This document shows, piece after piece, positions 37,102-46,395 of a stretch of 58,233 nucleotides of DNA (within the stretch, counting starts at the first letter, position 1; each line of letters begins with the position of its first letter). The notes under the pieces are model-generated. The model had not been told where the DNA came from. It ran no database searches and worked only from the letters and a program-made list of their open reading frames with translations. A program made the position numbers and the translations under genes. The DNA comes from Acidimicrobiales bacterium (GTDB taxonomy: Bacteria > Actinomycetota > Acidimicrobiia > Acidimicrobiales > AC-9). The DNA lies in contig JBPYEZ010000063.1 of the NCBI GenBank assembly GCA_051984395.1, forward strand, positions 1 through 58,233, written 5' to 3'.

Positions 37102-37905
37102 GTGCATCCCATCGAGCGGCTCCGGTACGTGGCCCGAGCGGACGGAGCCGGTCCGGGATCACTCGCCGCCGAGGCGGCGCATGCCCTGGCGGGCTTCGCC
37201 GACGACTCTGCCGCGCTCGTCACCGCCTGCCGACGGCTGGTCGACCGTCACCCGACGGCCGGCCCGCTGTGGTCGCTGGCGTGCCGGGTCCTTGCCGCGA
37301 CCGATCCGGCACAGGAGGTGTGGAAGGTGGCGGACGAGCTCGAGTCCGACCCCACGCCGCTCGTGCTGGCTGATCGCCTACCGGCAGACGCGACGGTCGC
37401 GGTGCTCGGTTGGCCCGAGCTGGCCGGTCGCACGCTCGGCCGCCGGGCCGACCTGCGGGTGCTCGTCGTCGACACGTTGGGCGAGGGGTCGAGCCTGGCC
37501 CGGCGTCTGCGCTCGTCGGGGAGCGAGGTCCTCGAGGTGCCAGAGTCCGGCCTGGGCAGCGCGGTGGGCGCCGCCGACCTGGCCGTGCTGGAGGCCTCGT
37601 TGCTGAGCGGAGAACAGCTGGTCTCCGTCTCCGGAGCGAGGGCGGCGGCCTCGGTGGCCCGACTGGCCTCCCGCCCCCTCTGGGTCGTCGCCGGCGCTGG
37701 ACGGGTGCTGCCCGCCCGGCTCGGGGAGGCGGTGTGGCGTCGCCTCGACGACGATCCCGATCCCCCCTGGGATCGCGACGACGAGATCGTTCCCGTCGAT
37801 CTCGTCGATCAGGTCGTCGGACCCTCCGGAGCCGTGGCGCCGGCCGAGGCTCTGCGCCGGACGGACTGCCCGGTGACCCCCGAGCTGCTCAGGCAGGTCG
37901 GTTGA
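37102..37905 (+). CDS. hypothetical protein with weak resemblance to the IF-2B (eIF-2B alpha/beta/delta-like) fold
   Basis: GTG at 37102 is the first start after fumC in the frame of ORF 36511..37905. The segment ADLAVLEASLLSGEQLVSVSGARAAASVARLASRPLWVVAG resembles the IF-2B family C-terminal region. GC3 is high. Confidence 0.5.
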   Translation: MHPIERLRYVARADGAGPGSLAAEAAHALAGFADDSAALVTACRRLVDRHPTAGPLWSLACRVLAATDPAQEVWKVADELESDPTPLVLADRLPADATVAVLGWPELAGRTLGRRADLRVLVVDTLGEGSSLARRLRSSGSEVLEVPESGLGSAVGAADLAVLEASLLSGEQLVSVSGARAAASVARLASRPLWVVAGAGRVLPARLGEAVWRRLDDDPDPPWDRDDEIVPVDLVDQVVGPSGAVAPAEALRRTDCPVTPELLRQVG

Positions 37906-37973
37906 GGCTCCGCTCGTCGGCCGGTTGGGGGCGGGTTCACGCCGGACGGGTCGGCCGCTAGCGTCCGGGGCTC

Positions 37974-38651
37974 ATGGGCGAGATCATCGAGTTCCCGAGC
38001 AACGGCAACACCGTTCAGGGGTACCTGGCCACCGAGGGCACGGGCCCGGGCGTCGTCGTCATCCAGGAGTACTGGGGGCTGGTCGACCACATCAAAGAGG
38101 TGTGCGACCGCTTTGCCGCTCAGGGCTTCGTGGCCCTGGCGCCTGACCTCTTCCACGGTCAGCAGGCCCGCGAGCCCGACGAGGCCGGCAGGCTCATGAT
38201 GGCGATGAACCTCGAGCAGGCGGCAAAGGACATGAGTGGCGCCGTCGACGCGGTGAAGGCGCGCTGCTCGAGCCACGGGGTCGGCGTGGTCGGGTTCTGC
38301 GTGGGTGGTGGGCTGGCACTCGTGCTGGCCTGCCAGCGTCCGGACCTGGTGAGGGCCGTCGTTCCCTTCTACGGGTTGATCCCCTGGCCCGAGCTCCAGC
38401 CCGACTACGCCAAGCTCGATGGCGCCGTGCAGGGCCACTTCGCCGAGCGCGACGACTCGGCCGGGCCCAAGGCGGCGAGAGAGCTGGAGGACACGCTGAC
38501 GGCGCTGGGCAAGCGGGCCCGGATGTACATCTATCCAGGTACTCAGCACGCCTTCTTCAACGACGACCGGCCGGAGGTGTACGACGCCACGGCGGCCCGG
38601 GAGGCGTGGGAGAAGGTCCTGCCATTCCTGCGGGAAGAGCTGCTCCACTGA
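37974..38651 (+). CDS. dienelactone hydrolase family protein
   Basis: It reads GPGVVVIQEYWGL..HI..V.DRFA..GFVALAPDL, the GVVGFCVGG nucleophile elbow, and YPG..HAFFND. Confidence 0.9.
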   Translation: MGEIIEFPSNGNTVQGYLATEGTGPGVVVIQEYWGLVDHIKEVCDRFAAQGFVALAPDLFHGQQAREPDEAGRLMMAMNLEQAAKDMSGAVDAVKARCSSHGVGVVGFCVGGGLALVLACQRPDLVRAVVPFYGLIPWPELQPDYAKLDGAVQGHFAERDDSAGPKAARELEDTLTALGKRARMYIYPGTQHAFFNDDRPEVYDATAAREAWEKVLPFLREELLH

Positions 38652-38720
38652 TTCCCGAGGGCCGACGCCGCCAGCGCCACGGCTTGGCGGCCGTGCGGGG
38701 GCGCCCGTAGCATCCGGTAC

Positions 38721-39659
38721 ATGTCAGCGAGATCCAGGGATCTGCCCCGTCGTTCCTGTCTGTCCGTGCCCGGTTCCAGCGAGCGCTTCCTCGAGAAGGC
38801 GCCGAACGTGCCCGCCGACATGACGTTCCTCGACCTCGAGGACTCGGTCGCGCCGCTGGAGAAGGAGTCGGCCCGAGCAAAGGTGGTCGACGCCATCAAG
38901 AACCACGACTGGGGCGAGCGGGTGATGTGCGTCCGGGTGAACGCCTGGGACACCAAGTGGACCTACGGCGACGTCGCAGAGGTGGTCGGGAACGCCGGGG
39001 ACCGCCTCGAAGAGATCATGCTGCCGAAGACGCAGTCGGCCGCCGAGGTCGTGGCGCTGGACCTGCTTCTCACCCAGGTCGAGGCCAACGCCGGGCTGCC
39101 GGCGGGTCACATCGGGATCGAGGCCCAGATCGAGACCACTCGGGGTCTCATCAACGTCGAGGACATCTGCGCAGCCTCGCCCCGCCTGGAGACGATCGTC
39201 TTCGGGCCCGCCGACTTCGCCGCGTCGATGGAGATGCCGGTGCTGACCGGGGGAGTGTCGATCTCCGAGTACCCCGGCGACCACTTCAACTACGTGTTCT
39301 CCAAGATCCTCATGGCCGGACGGGCCAACGGTCTCCAGGTCATCGACGGACCGTTCCTCAGGATCCGGGAGCTCGACGCGCTTCGCGAGTACTGCATGCG
39401 GACCCGGACGCTCGGCTACGACGGCAAGTGGGCGCTCAACCCCGACCAGGTGACCGTCCTGAACGAGGTGTACTCGCCCACCCAGGAGCAGTACGACCGC
39501 GCGCTGGCGATCCTCGCCGCGTACCGGCAGGCAACCGAGGACGAGCGCAAGGGTGCGGTGATGTTCGGCGACGAGATGATCGACGAGGCCAGCCGCAAGA
39601 TGGCGGTCAAGTTCGTGACACGGGGGGAGCGGGCGGGGTTGACGCCCAGCTCCGGCTAG
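38721..39659 (+). CDS. HpcH/HpaI aldolase / citrate lyase beta-like (CitE) family, malyl-CoA/beta-methylmalyl-CoA lyase-like
   Basis: It reads LDLEDSVAP, GDRLEEIMLPK, SPRLETIVFGPADFAASM, IDGPF and YDGKWALNPDQV. Confidence 0.8.
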   Translation: MSARSRDLPRRSCLSVPGSSERFLEKAPNVPADMTFLDLEDSVAPLEKESARAKVVDAIKNHDWGERVMCVRVNAWDTKWTYGDVAEVVGNAGDRLEEIMLPKTQSAAEVVALDLLLTQVEANAGLPAGHIGIEAQIETTRGLINVEDICAASPRLETIVFGPADFAASMEMPVLTGGVSISEYPGDHFNYVFSKILMAGRANGLQVIDGPFLRIRELDALREYCMRTRTLGYDGKWALNPDQVTVLNEVYSPTQEQYDRALAILAAYRQATEDERKGAVMFGDEMIDEASRKMAVKFVTRGERAGLTPSSG

Positions 39660-39679
39660 GACGGGCGCCCGGATCGCCC

Positions 39680-40396
39680 GTGGCCGACCGACCATTCGAC
39701 GCGCCTGTCATCGACGCGATCCTGCCGGCGCGCAACGAGGCGCCCACGGTGGCGACGGTGGTGGAGGCGTGCCGGCGGTGCGCGGCGGTACGCGAGGTCA
39801 TCGTGGTCGACGACGGCTCGGTCGACGACACCGCCGACCGGGCGGCGGCGGCAGGCGCCAAGGTCATCCATCGCGACGATGCCGCCGGGCCGTCGCTCGG
39901 CTCGAAGGCGCACGCCATGGAGGCCGGTGTTGCCGCCTCGGACGCTCCCGCCGTGCTGTTCGTCGACGCCGACCTGCTCGGGCTGACCAGTGATCACCTC
40001 GACCAGGTGTGCCGGCCCTTCCTCGAGGGGACGGCCACGATGTCGGTGGGCTGGTTCGACTACCGGGCATGGAACCCGCTCGTGCTCCGGCTGCCTCCGA
40101 CGACGGGGGAGCGGGTGGTCCCGCGCTGGGTCTTCGAGGCCATACCACCGGAGAAGCGGGACGGCTACACGATCGAGATCATGATCAACGAGGTCATCGC
40201 CGAGCGCCGCCTGCCCACGACCGCCAGGATCATGCGCGGCGTCACCCATCGCACCAAGCGCCAGAAGCTGGGCCGCCTGGAGGGGTACCGGCGTACCTGG
40301 GAGATGTTCTGGACCCTGCTGTCCCTTCCGCTCACGGGTGTCGTGCGCTGGAGGAGCTACTGGTTCTATCTGCGGGGCCTCACCATCGAGCGCTGA
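39680..40396 (+). CDS. family 2 glycosyltransferase (GpgS-like size and topology)
   Basis: GTG at 39680. It reads AILPARNEA.TV...VIVVDDGSVDDT and FVDADL. Confidence 0.75.
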   Translation: MADRPFDAPVIDAILPARNEAPTVATVVEACRRCAAVREVIVVDDGSVDDTADRAAAAGAKVIHRDDAAGPSLGSKAHAMEAGVAASDAPAVLFVDADLLGLTSDHLDQVCRPFLEGTATMSVGWFDYRAWNPLVLRLPPTTGERVVPRWVFEAIPPEKRDGYTIEIMINEVIAERRLPTTARIMRGVTHRTKRQKLGRLEGYRRTWEMFWTLLSLPLTGVVRWRSYWFYLRGLTIER

Positions 40397-40402
40397 CGCC
40401 GC

Positions 40403-42010
40403 TCACGAGGCCGAGCCGGCCGCGAGGCGCCGGGCGATGACCTTGAGGGCCAGCGTCTCGTCGGCCCCCTCGAAGATCGAGAGGACCCTGGCGTCCACGA
40501 AGTACCGGCTCACCGGGAACTCCTCGGCGTAGCCCATCCCGCCGTGGATCTGCATGGCCTCGCGCGTCACCCACTCGGCCGCACGGCACACGTACGCCTT
40601 GATCATCGAGGCCTCGAGGGCTCCCTCGCCCTTGGCCATTAGCCGGGCCACCTGGTAGGCGAACTGCCGGCTGGCCTGGATGATGGCCGCCATCCGGGTG
40701 AGCTTGGCCCTCGTCAGCTGGTAGTCGAGGACCGGCGAGCCGAACACCACCCGGTCGGTGGCGTAGCGCAGCGCCGCCTCGTATGCAGCTTGCATCAGCC
40801 CCAGGGCGCGCGCCGCCGTCTGGAGCCGTCCGTTCTCGAAGCCTTCCATCTGGAAGTAGAAGCCGCGACCCTCGCCCTCGGGCCCACCGATGAGACAGTC
40901 GTCGGGGACCCACCACCCCTCGAAGGCGAGCTCGTAGGAGTGCATTCCCCGGTACCCGAGGGTGTCGATCGGGCGGCCCTCGAGACGTCCGGCAGGTCCG
41001 GCCCGTCCCTCGGCTGCGGGGTCCTGGGTGAGCACGAAACCGTGACCATCGCCGCGGGGCTTCGGGACCACGAACAGCGACAGACCGCGGTGGGCCTTGG
41101 CCCGGTCGGGATCCGTGCGGGCCAGCAGCATGAGGACGTCGGCTCGCGCCGCGAACGTGCACCAGGTCTTCACCCCGTCGATCACCCACCCACCGTCGCC
41201 GCGCACCGCCGTCACCTTGATGCCCGCAACATCCGAGCCGAAGTCCGGCTCGGTGACCGCCACCGCCGCCATCGCCTCGCCGCTGGCGAGCTTCGGGAGC
41301 CAGTGCTGCTTCTGCTCCTCGGTACCGCCCTTGACGAGGGCTCGAGTGAGAATCTCGGGCCGGGTCACGAGCGAGCCGCCGGCGCCGAGCGACCCTCGGG
41401 ACAGCTCCTCGGTGGCGACGACCATGCCCATGTAGTCGCTCTCGCCTCCCGCCGCGAACCCGCCGTACTCGGCGGGCACCGACAGGCCGAAGGCACCCAT
41501 CTCGGCCAGTCCGGCGATGATCTCCTCGGGGATGTCCTCGTTGTGTCGATGGATGGCCTCGGCGACGGGCTGGATCCGGTCCTCGGCGAAGCGGCGGAAC
41601 GTGTCCTGAACCATCTCGAAGTCGGCGTCGAGGTGGCGTGGGCCCTCCTCACCGGCCAGGTCGGCCAGTACCCCGGGCGAGCGGTAGGCCCGTACGAACG
41701 GCAGGGTGGCGTCGAGGTGACCGGGCTCTGTCCCCCACTCGTCCTCCCGGCCGAGGATGCGGGTCAGCAGGTCGTGCACGGCGTCGGCGACGAAGACGCA
41801 CGCCAACACGGCCTCGACCTCGCCCTTGGAGCCGTAGTCGAGGACGGCCCGGGCGCACTCCACCGACGCGGCGGCGTGGGCCAGGTCGTAGGCGACGACC
41901 TGCTGCTCGTCGGGCCCGCCACGGGACGCCAGGTGTCGAGCGGCCTCGTCGACGGCGACCTTGGCCTCCTCGACGACGACGGCAGCAGCGTCCAGGTCTG
42001 CAGCGATCAT
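40403..42010 (-). CDS. acyl-CoA dehydrogenase with a ~150-aa N-terminal extension (535 aa)
   Basis: ATG at 42010. The ACAD core reads GAFGLSVPAEYGG, AVTEPDFGSDVAG, DG.K.W.T.A and IHGGMGYAEEFPVSRYF.DARV..I.EG. Confidence 0.85.
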   Translation of the reverse strand: MIAADLDAAAVVVEEAKVAVDEAARHLASRGGPDEQQVVAYDLAHAAASVECARAVLDYGSKGEVEAVLACVFVADAVHDLLTRILGREDEWGTEPGHLDATLPFVRAYRSPGVLADLAGEEGPRHLDADFEMVQDTFRRFAEDRIQPVAEAIHRHNEDIPEEIIAGLAEMGAFGLSVPAEYGGFAAGGESDYMGMVVATEELSRGSLGAGGSLVTRPEILTRALVKGGTEEQKQHWLPKLASGEAMAAVAVTEPDFGSDVAGIKVTAVRGDGGWVIDGVKTWCTFAARADVLMLLARTDPDRAKAHRGLSLFVVPKPRGDGHGFVLTQDPAAEGRAGPAGRLEGRPIDTLGYRGMHSYELAFEGWWVPDDCLIGGPEGEGRGFYFQMEGFENGRLQTAARALGLMQAAYEAALRYATDRVVFGSPVLDYQLTRAKLTRMAAIIQASRQFAYQVARLMAKGEGALEASMIKAYVCRAAEWVTREAMQIHGGMGYAEEFPVSRYFVDARVLSIFEGADETLALKVIARRLAAGSAS

Positions 42011-42020
42011 GCCCGGAAGG

Positions 42021-42662
42021 CTATCGACGCTGTGCCAGGACGGTGACGAGTGGCGGCAGGACGACCGGATCCTCACGGGGGTCGACGTCGGTGAGGCTGG
42101 CGAGGTAGTCGGTCACCGGACCAGGGCCGGCACCGGCCGGCGCCTCGGCCCAGGCGTCGACGAGGTCCAGGCCGGCCTGGCTCACGAGGGCGGGCAGCAG
42201 CGAGCCGAGGTCGGGGTGGGGAGCCCCGGGCATCGACAGCGCACCGCCGCCGATCCGGCCGGCGCTGGTGATCGGCTCCTGGGCGACGACCCACCCACCG
42301 GTTCGCACGGCGGCGGCCATGCGCTTCAGCACCGCCACCGGCTCGACCACGTGCATGAGGAGGAACCGGCAGAAGGCCAGGTCCACCGGCTCGGGCAGCA
42401 GCAGGTCCTCGCCGGCCTGGGTGATGGCCAGCACCTGGGTGTGGGCGGCGGCGGTCTGCGCCACCGCGTCCCGAGCGCGGGGGTCGTTGTCGACCGCGTA
42501 CACCCGCCCGGTGCGCCCCACCATCTCGGCCAGGGCCACGCTCACGTCTCCACCGCCCGCGCCGACGTCGACGCAACGCCATCCCTCTCCGACGCCCAGC
42601 CGTTCCAGGGCAGTGGCCAGTGGGCGGCGATAGACGTCGTTTCGGAGCCCCAGCTCGGTCAT
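42021..42662 (-). CDS. class I SAM-dependent methyltransferase
   Basis: Motif I is CVDVGAGGGDVS...RVYAVDND. Confidence 0.8.
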   Translation of the reverse strand: MTELGLRNDVYRRPLATALERLGVGEGWRCVDVGAGGGDVSVALAEMVGRTGRVYAVDNDPRARDAVAQTAAAHTQVLAITQAGEDLLLPEPVDLAFCRFLLMHVVEPVAVLKRMAAAVRTGGWVVAQEPITSAGRIGGGALSMPGAPHPDLGSLLPALVSQAGLDLVDAWAEAPAGAGPGPVTDYLASLTDVDPREDPVVLPPLVTVLAQRR

Positions 42663-42692
42663 GCCGCTCGCACCGCGTCGCCGACCTCGCCG

Positions 42693-43886
42693 ATGGCCAC
42701 GGGCATGCCCGACGGTAGCCTGTCGGCCGTGCCGAACCGAACCGATCCGGCGTTGGCCGACGACCTCGTCGAGGCCGTGCGGACGTTCGTGGCCAAGGAG
42801 GTGATGCCGGTCGCCTCCTCACTCGAGCACGCCGACGCCTATCCGGACGACCTCGTCGAGGCCATGCGGGACCTGGGCCTGTTCGGGTGCCTGGTCCCCG
42901 TCGAGCACGGAGGCCTCGGCCTCGACACCGTGACCTACTCCCGCATCGTGGCCGAGCTGGCAGCAGGCTGGATGTCGCTCACGGGCGTGCTCAACACCCA
43001 CATGATCGTCACGACCCTCCTCGTTCAGCACGGGACGGCCGCCCAGCGGGCCCGCTGGCTGCCCCGTCTGGCCACGGGCGAGCTCCGGGGAGCGCTGTCG
43101 CTGAGCGAGCCCGACGCCGGCAGCGACACGGCAGCGCTGCGCTGCCGGGCCCGGCGGGACGGCGACACCTACGTGCTCGACGGCACCAAGATGTGGGTCA
43201 CCAACGGCGAGCGGGCCGGGCTCGTCGCCCTGGCCGCCCGCGCATCGGAGGGCGTCACCTGCTTCATGGTCGAGAAGGAGCCCGGCCCCCGCTCCGGTGG
43301 CATCACCATCTCGCGGCGGATCGGGAAGCTCGGCTACAAGGGCATCGAGACCGTCGAGATGTCCTATGACGGCCACGTGGTCCCCGACGACGCAGTGCTC
43401 GGGGGAGCGGCGGGGTTGGGCAGGGGCCTGCCCCAGATCCTGGGCGGGCTCGAGCTCGGGCGGGTGAACATCGCGGCGCGCGCCTGCGGGGTCGCGGGTG
43501 CGGCGTTCGACGCCGCTATCCGCTATGCCCAGCAGCGGGAGGCGTTCGGGGTGCCGATCGCCCGCCATCAGGCCATCCAGTTCAAGCTGGCGGACATGGG
43601 GACCAAGCTCGAGGCGGCCCGTCTGCTCACCCGCTCGGCCGCCGAGAAGCTCGATGCCGGTGAGCGGGCCGACGTGGAGGCCGGCATGGCCAAGCTCTTC
43701 GCCTCCGAGGCGGCGCTGGAGATCGCCACCGAGTCGATGCGCATCCACGGCGGGTACGGCTACAGCACCGAGCTGCCGATCGAGCGGTACTTCCGGGATG
43801 CCCCGCTGATGATCATCGGCGAGGGGACGAACGAGATCCAGCGCATGGTGATCGCCCGGGGACTGCTCGGCCGCCATCCCCTCTGA
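42693..43886 (+). CDS. acyl-CoA dehydrogenase (standard ~390-aa type)
   Basis: ATG at 42693. It reads LGLFGCLVPVEHGG, LSEPDAGSD, DGTKMWVTNG and IHGGYGYSTELPIERYFRDAPLMIIGEGTNEIQ. Confidence 0.9.
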   Translation: MATGMPDGSLSAVPNRTDPALADDLVEAVRTFVAKEVMPVASSLEHADAYPDDLVEAMRDLGLFGCLVPVEHGGLGLDTVTYSRIVAELAAGWMSLTGVLNTHMIVTTLLVQHGTAAQRARWLPRLATGELRGALSLSEPDAGSDTAALRCRARRDGDTYVLDGTKMWVTNGERAGLVALAARASEGVTCFMVEKEPGPRSGGITISRRIGKLGYKGIETVEMSYDGHVVPDDAVLGGAAGLGRGLPQILGGLELGRVNIAARACGVAGAAFDAAIRYAQQREAFGVPIARHQAIQFKLADMGTKLEAARLLTRSAAEKLDAGERADVEAGMAKLFASEAALEIATESMRIHGGYGYSTELPIERYFRDAPLMIIGEGTNEIQRMVIARGLLGRHPL

Positions 43887-43977
43887 CGGCCGGGGCGGGG
43901 TCGGCGCCCGCCCGGGGCGGCATTCCTGAGAGTCACGCAGAACGAGGCCCCCGAGCCGCGGGCTACGGTGGCCGCTC

Positions 43978-44409
43978 GTGAAGGTGACCATGTTGCTGTG
44001 CGACTCGGCCCAGGTGGCGGACGGGAAGCTGTTCATCCTCGGCGCAGGCTGGAGCATGATCGGCCCCGAACCTGCTCCCTCGGCGGTGGCGTTGAAGATC
44101 GAGGTCGGCTGGCAGGAGGCGCTCCAGCCCCATCACTGGGAGCTGTACCTGGTCGACGCGGACGGGAGGGACGTGAACATCGACACCCCCGAGGGCCCCC
44201 GTCCGGTCGAGGTACGGGGGGACTTCCACGTGGGACGGCCCACCGGCGTGCCCGAGGGCAGCCCGAGCGACGTCGCTCTGGCCGTCAACCTGGGCCCGGT
44301 CCCGCTGGCGACCGGCTCCCGCTACACCTGGAGGCTCAGCATCGACGGGGAGACCGACCAGAGCTGGGAGCTCGGGTTCAGCACCAGGCCGTCGGTGCCG
44401 ACGCCGTGA
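43978..44409 (+). CDS. hypothetical protein (143 aa), no domain recognised
   Basis: The frame has high GC3. Its stop overlaps the start of the MaoC gene (GTGA at 44406-44409). The sequence looks beta-rich (KLFILGAGW...VALKIEV...WELYLVDADG...YTWRLSIDG). Confidence 0.6.
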   Translation: MKVTMLLCDSAQVADGKLFILGAGWSMIGPEPAPSAVALKIEVGWQEALQPHHWELYLVDADGRDVNIDTPEGPRPVEVRGDFHVGRPTGVPEGSPSDVALAVNLGPVPLATGSRYTWRLSIDGETDQSWELGFSTRPSVPTP

Positions 44410-44918
44410 CGGTCCACGAGCGTCCCTTCGGCGCATACCTGGAGGACTTCGAAGTCGGCGATGTCTACCGGCACTGGCCCGGCAAGACGATCACCGAGTA
44501 CGACGACCATCTCTTCTGCATGATCACGATGAACCACCACCCGTTGCACACCAACGAGTGGTTTGCCGAGTCCGAGACCGTGCACGGCCGCAACGTCGTC
44601 GTCGGCAACCTCGTCTACTCGCTGGTGCTCGGCATGAGCGTCCCCGACATCAGTGGGTCCTCGATCGCCAATCTGGAGGTCGAGTCGCTCGTCCACCGCT
44701 TCCCGACCTTTCACGGCGACACCGTCTACGCCGAGACCCGGATCCTCGACGTCGTCCCTTCGCGTTCCAAGGACGACCGGGGGATCGTGACGGTCGAGAC
44801 GAAGGGCTTCAACCAGCGGAGCGAGGAGGTCTGCTACTTCCGCCGTAAGGTCATGGTCTGGAAGCGGGAGCATGCTCCGGCGCGGCGCCGTCCGTACGGC
44901 GAAGGCGTGTGGGACTGA
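44406..44918 (+). CDS. MaoC-family (R)-specific enoyl-CoA hydratase/dehydratase
   Basis: GTG at 44406. The hot-dog fold motifs read GDVYRHWPGKTITEYDDHLFCMITMNHHPLHTN...GRNVV.G. Confidence 0.85.
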   Translation: MTVHERPFGAYLEDFEVGDVYRHWPGKTITEYDDHLFCMITMNHHPLHTNEWFAESETVHGRNVVVGNLVYSLVLGMSVPDISGSSIANLEVESLVHRFPTFHGDTVYAETRILDVVPSRSKDDRGIVTVETKGFNQRSEEVCYFRRKVMVWKREHAPARRRPYGEGVWD

Positions 44919-45005
44919 GAGGTCCTGGCCGCGGGCCGGCGTCCGTCTGAGACATATGTCACAGTGAATTATCCGGTCCGACACGCGCGGGTAACCTCCT
45001 GTTCA

Positions 45006-45866
45006 GTGCCAAGGGGGGCAACGCTGAAGGTCACCTTCTACGGGGTGCGAGGATCGTGCCCCTGTCCGAGCGAAGCCAATCGACGCTATGGCGGGAACAC
45101 CGCCTGCGTCGTCATCGACGCCCCTGGTGAGCTCCCGATCATCCTCGATCTCGGGACCGGGCTGCGACAGTTCGGGGACCACCAGCCGACCGACGGCTCG
45201 TTTCGCGCCACGGCGTTCCTCACCCACATCCACTGGGACCATGTGCAGGGCCTCCCGTTCTTCCCGCCCATCGATCGGGTCGGTGCCACGCTCGACGTCT
45301 ATGGCCCTCCCCAGACGGAGGGCTCCCTGCACGACGTGTTCGGGAACTTCATGCGCCCCCCATACTTCCCCGTTCATTTCAGCGAGCTGCGGGGCGACAT
45401 CCGCTTCCACGACGTGGTCGACGAGGACCTCGCCGTGGGGGCGGCCAAGGTGCGGATCCGTCCGGTCCCCCACTGCGGACCGACCATCGGCTTCAGGGTC
45501 GAGACCGGGGGCCGGAGCATCGCCTACGTCAGCGACCACCAGGCTCCGGTGTCGCTGCGCGGCGTCGCGGACAGCGTGCTCGAGCTGTGCGACGGTGTCG
45601 ACCTGCTGATCCACGACGCCCAGTACACGCCGAGCGAGTTCCGGGAGAAGGCCCACTGGGGTCATTGCACCGTCGACTACGCTCTCCTCGTGGCCAAGGA
45701 GGCCGGCGCCCACCGGCTCGCTCTGTTCCATCACGATCCCGCTCACAACGACGACGAGCTCGACCGGCTTCTGTCGAGCGCCCGCCACAGCTCCAGCGCT
45801 GCTGGCGGCGTGGACGAGGTGACGGCGGCCTCCGAGGGCCTGGTTATCGACCTCCACCGCCCCTGA
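45006..45866 (+). CDS. MBL-fold metallo-hydrolase
   Basis: It reads KVTFYGVRGS...GGNTACV...LDLGTG and the metal motif THIHWDHVQGLPFF. The start is uncertain (GTG 45006, GTG 44964 or CTG 45024). Confidence 0.8.
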   Translation: MPRGATLKVTFYGVRGSCPCPSEANRRYGGNTACVVIDAPGELPIILDLGTGLRQFGDHQPTDGSFRATAFLTHIHWDHVQGLPFFPPIDRVGATLDVYGPPQTEGSLHDVFGNFMRPPYFPVHFSELRGDIRFHDVVDEDLAVGAAKVRIRPVPHCGPTIGFRVETGGRSIAYVSDHQAPVSLRGVADSVLELCDGVDLLIHDAQYTPSEFREKAHWGHCTVDYALLVAKEAGAHRLALFHHDPAHNDDELDRLLSSARHSSSAAGGVDEVTAASEGLVIDLHRP

Positions 45867-45867
45867 C

Positions 45868-46377
45868 GTGGCGGCGCAGGACGACCTCGAGCGCGGGTCG
45901 GCGGCGACGTTCGACACCGCTCGGTACCGCGAGGTGCTGGGTCACTTCGCCACGGGTGTCGCCGTCGTGACCACTGCCGACGACGATGGGCCGGCCGGCT
46001 TCACCTGTCAGGCCTTCAACGCCTTGTCTCTCGACCCACCCCTGGTCGTGTTCGCCCCGTCCCGCTCGTCACAGAGCTGGCCGAGGATCGAGCAGACGAG
46101 AGTGTTCTGCGCCAACGTGCTGACCGAGGACCAGGAGGCGCTGGGGCGGGTGTTCGCCACCAAGAGCCAGCAGAAGTTCGACGGCGTGGGATGGCGCCCC
46201 GGGTCCACCGGATCTCCGGTCCTGCACGACGCCCTGGCCTGGGTGGAGTGTCGCCTCGAGGCGGCCCACGACGGCGGCGATCACCTCGTCGCCATCGGTC
46301 GCGTGCTCGACATGGGCGTGGGGCACGGCCATCCGCTCGTGTTCTACCGGGGAGGCTTCGGCCGCTTCGAGGCGTGA
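45868..46377 (+). CDS. flavin reductase family protein (NAD(P)H:FMN oxidoreductase-like)
   Basis: It reads FATGVAVVTT...G.TCQAFNALSLDPPLV and FYRGGF. Confidence 0.85.
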   Translation: MAAQDDLERGSAATFDTARYREVLGHFATGVAVVTTADDDGPAGFTCQAFNALSLDPPLVVFAPSRSSQSWPRIEQTRVFCANVLTEDQEALGRVFATKSQQKFDGVGWRPGSTGSPVLHDALAWVECRLEAAHDGGDHLVAIGRVLDMGVGHGHPLVFYRGGFGRFEA

Positions 46378-46395
46378 CCGCCTAACCTCGCCGTC

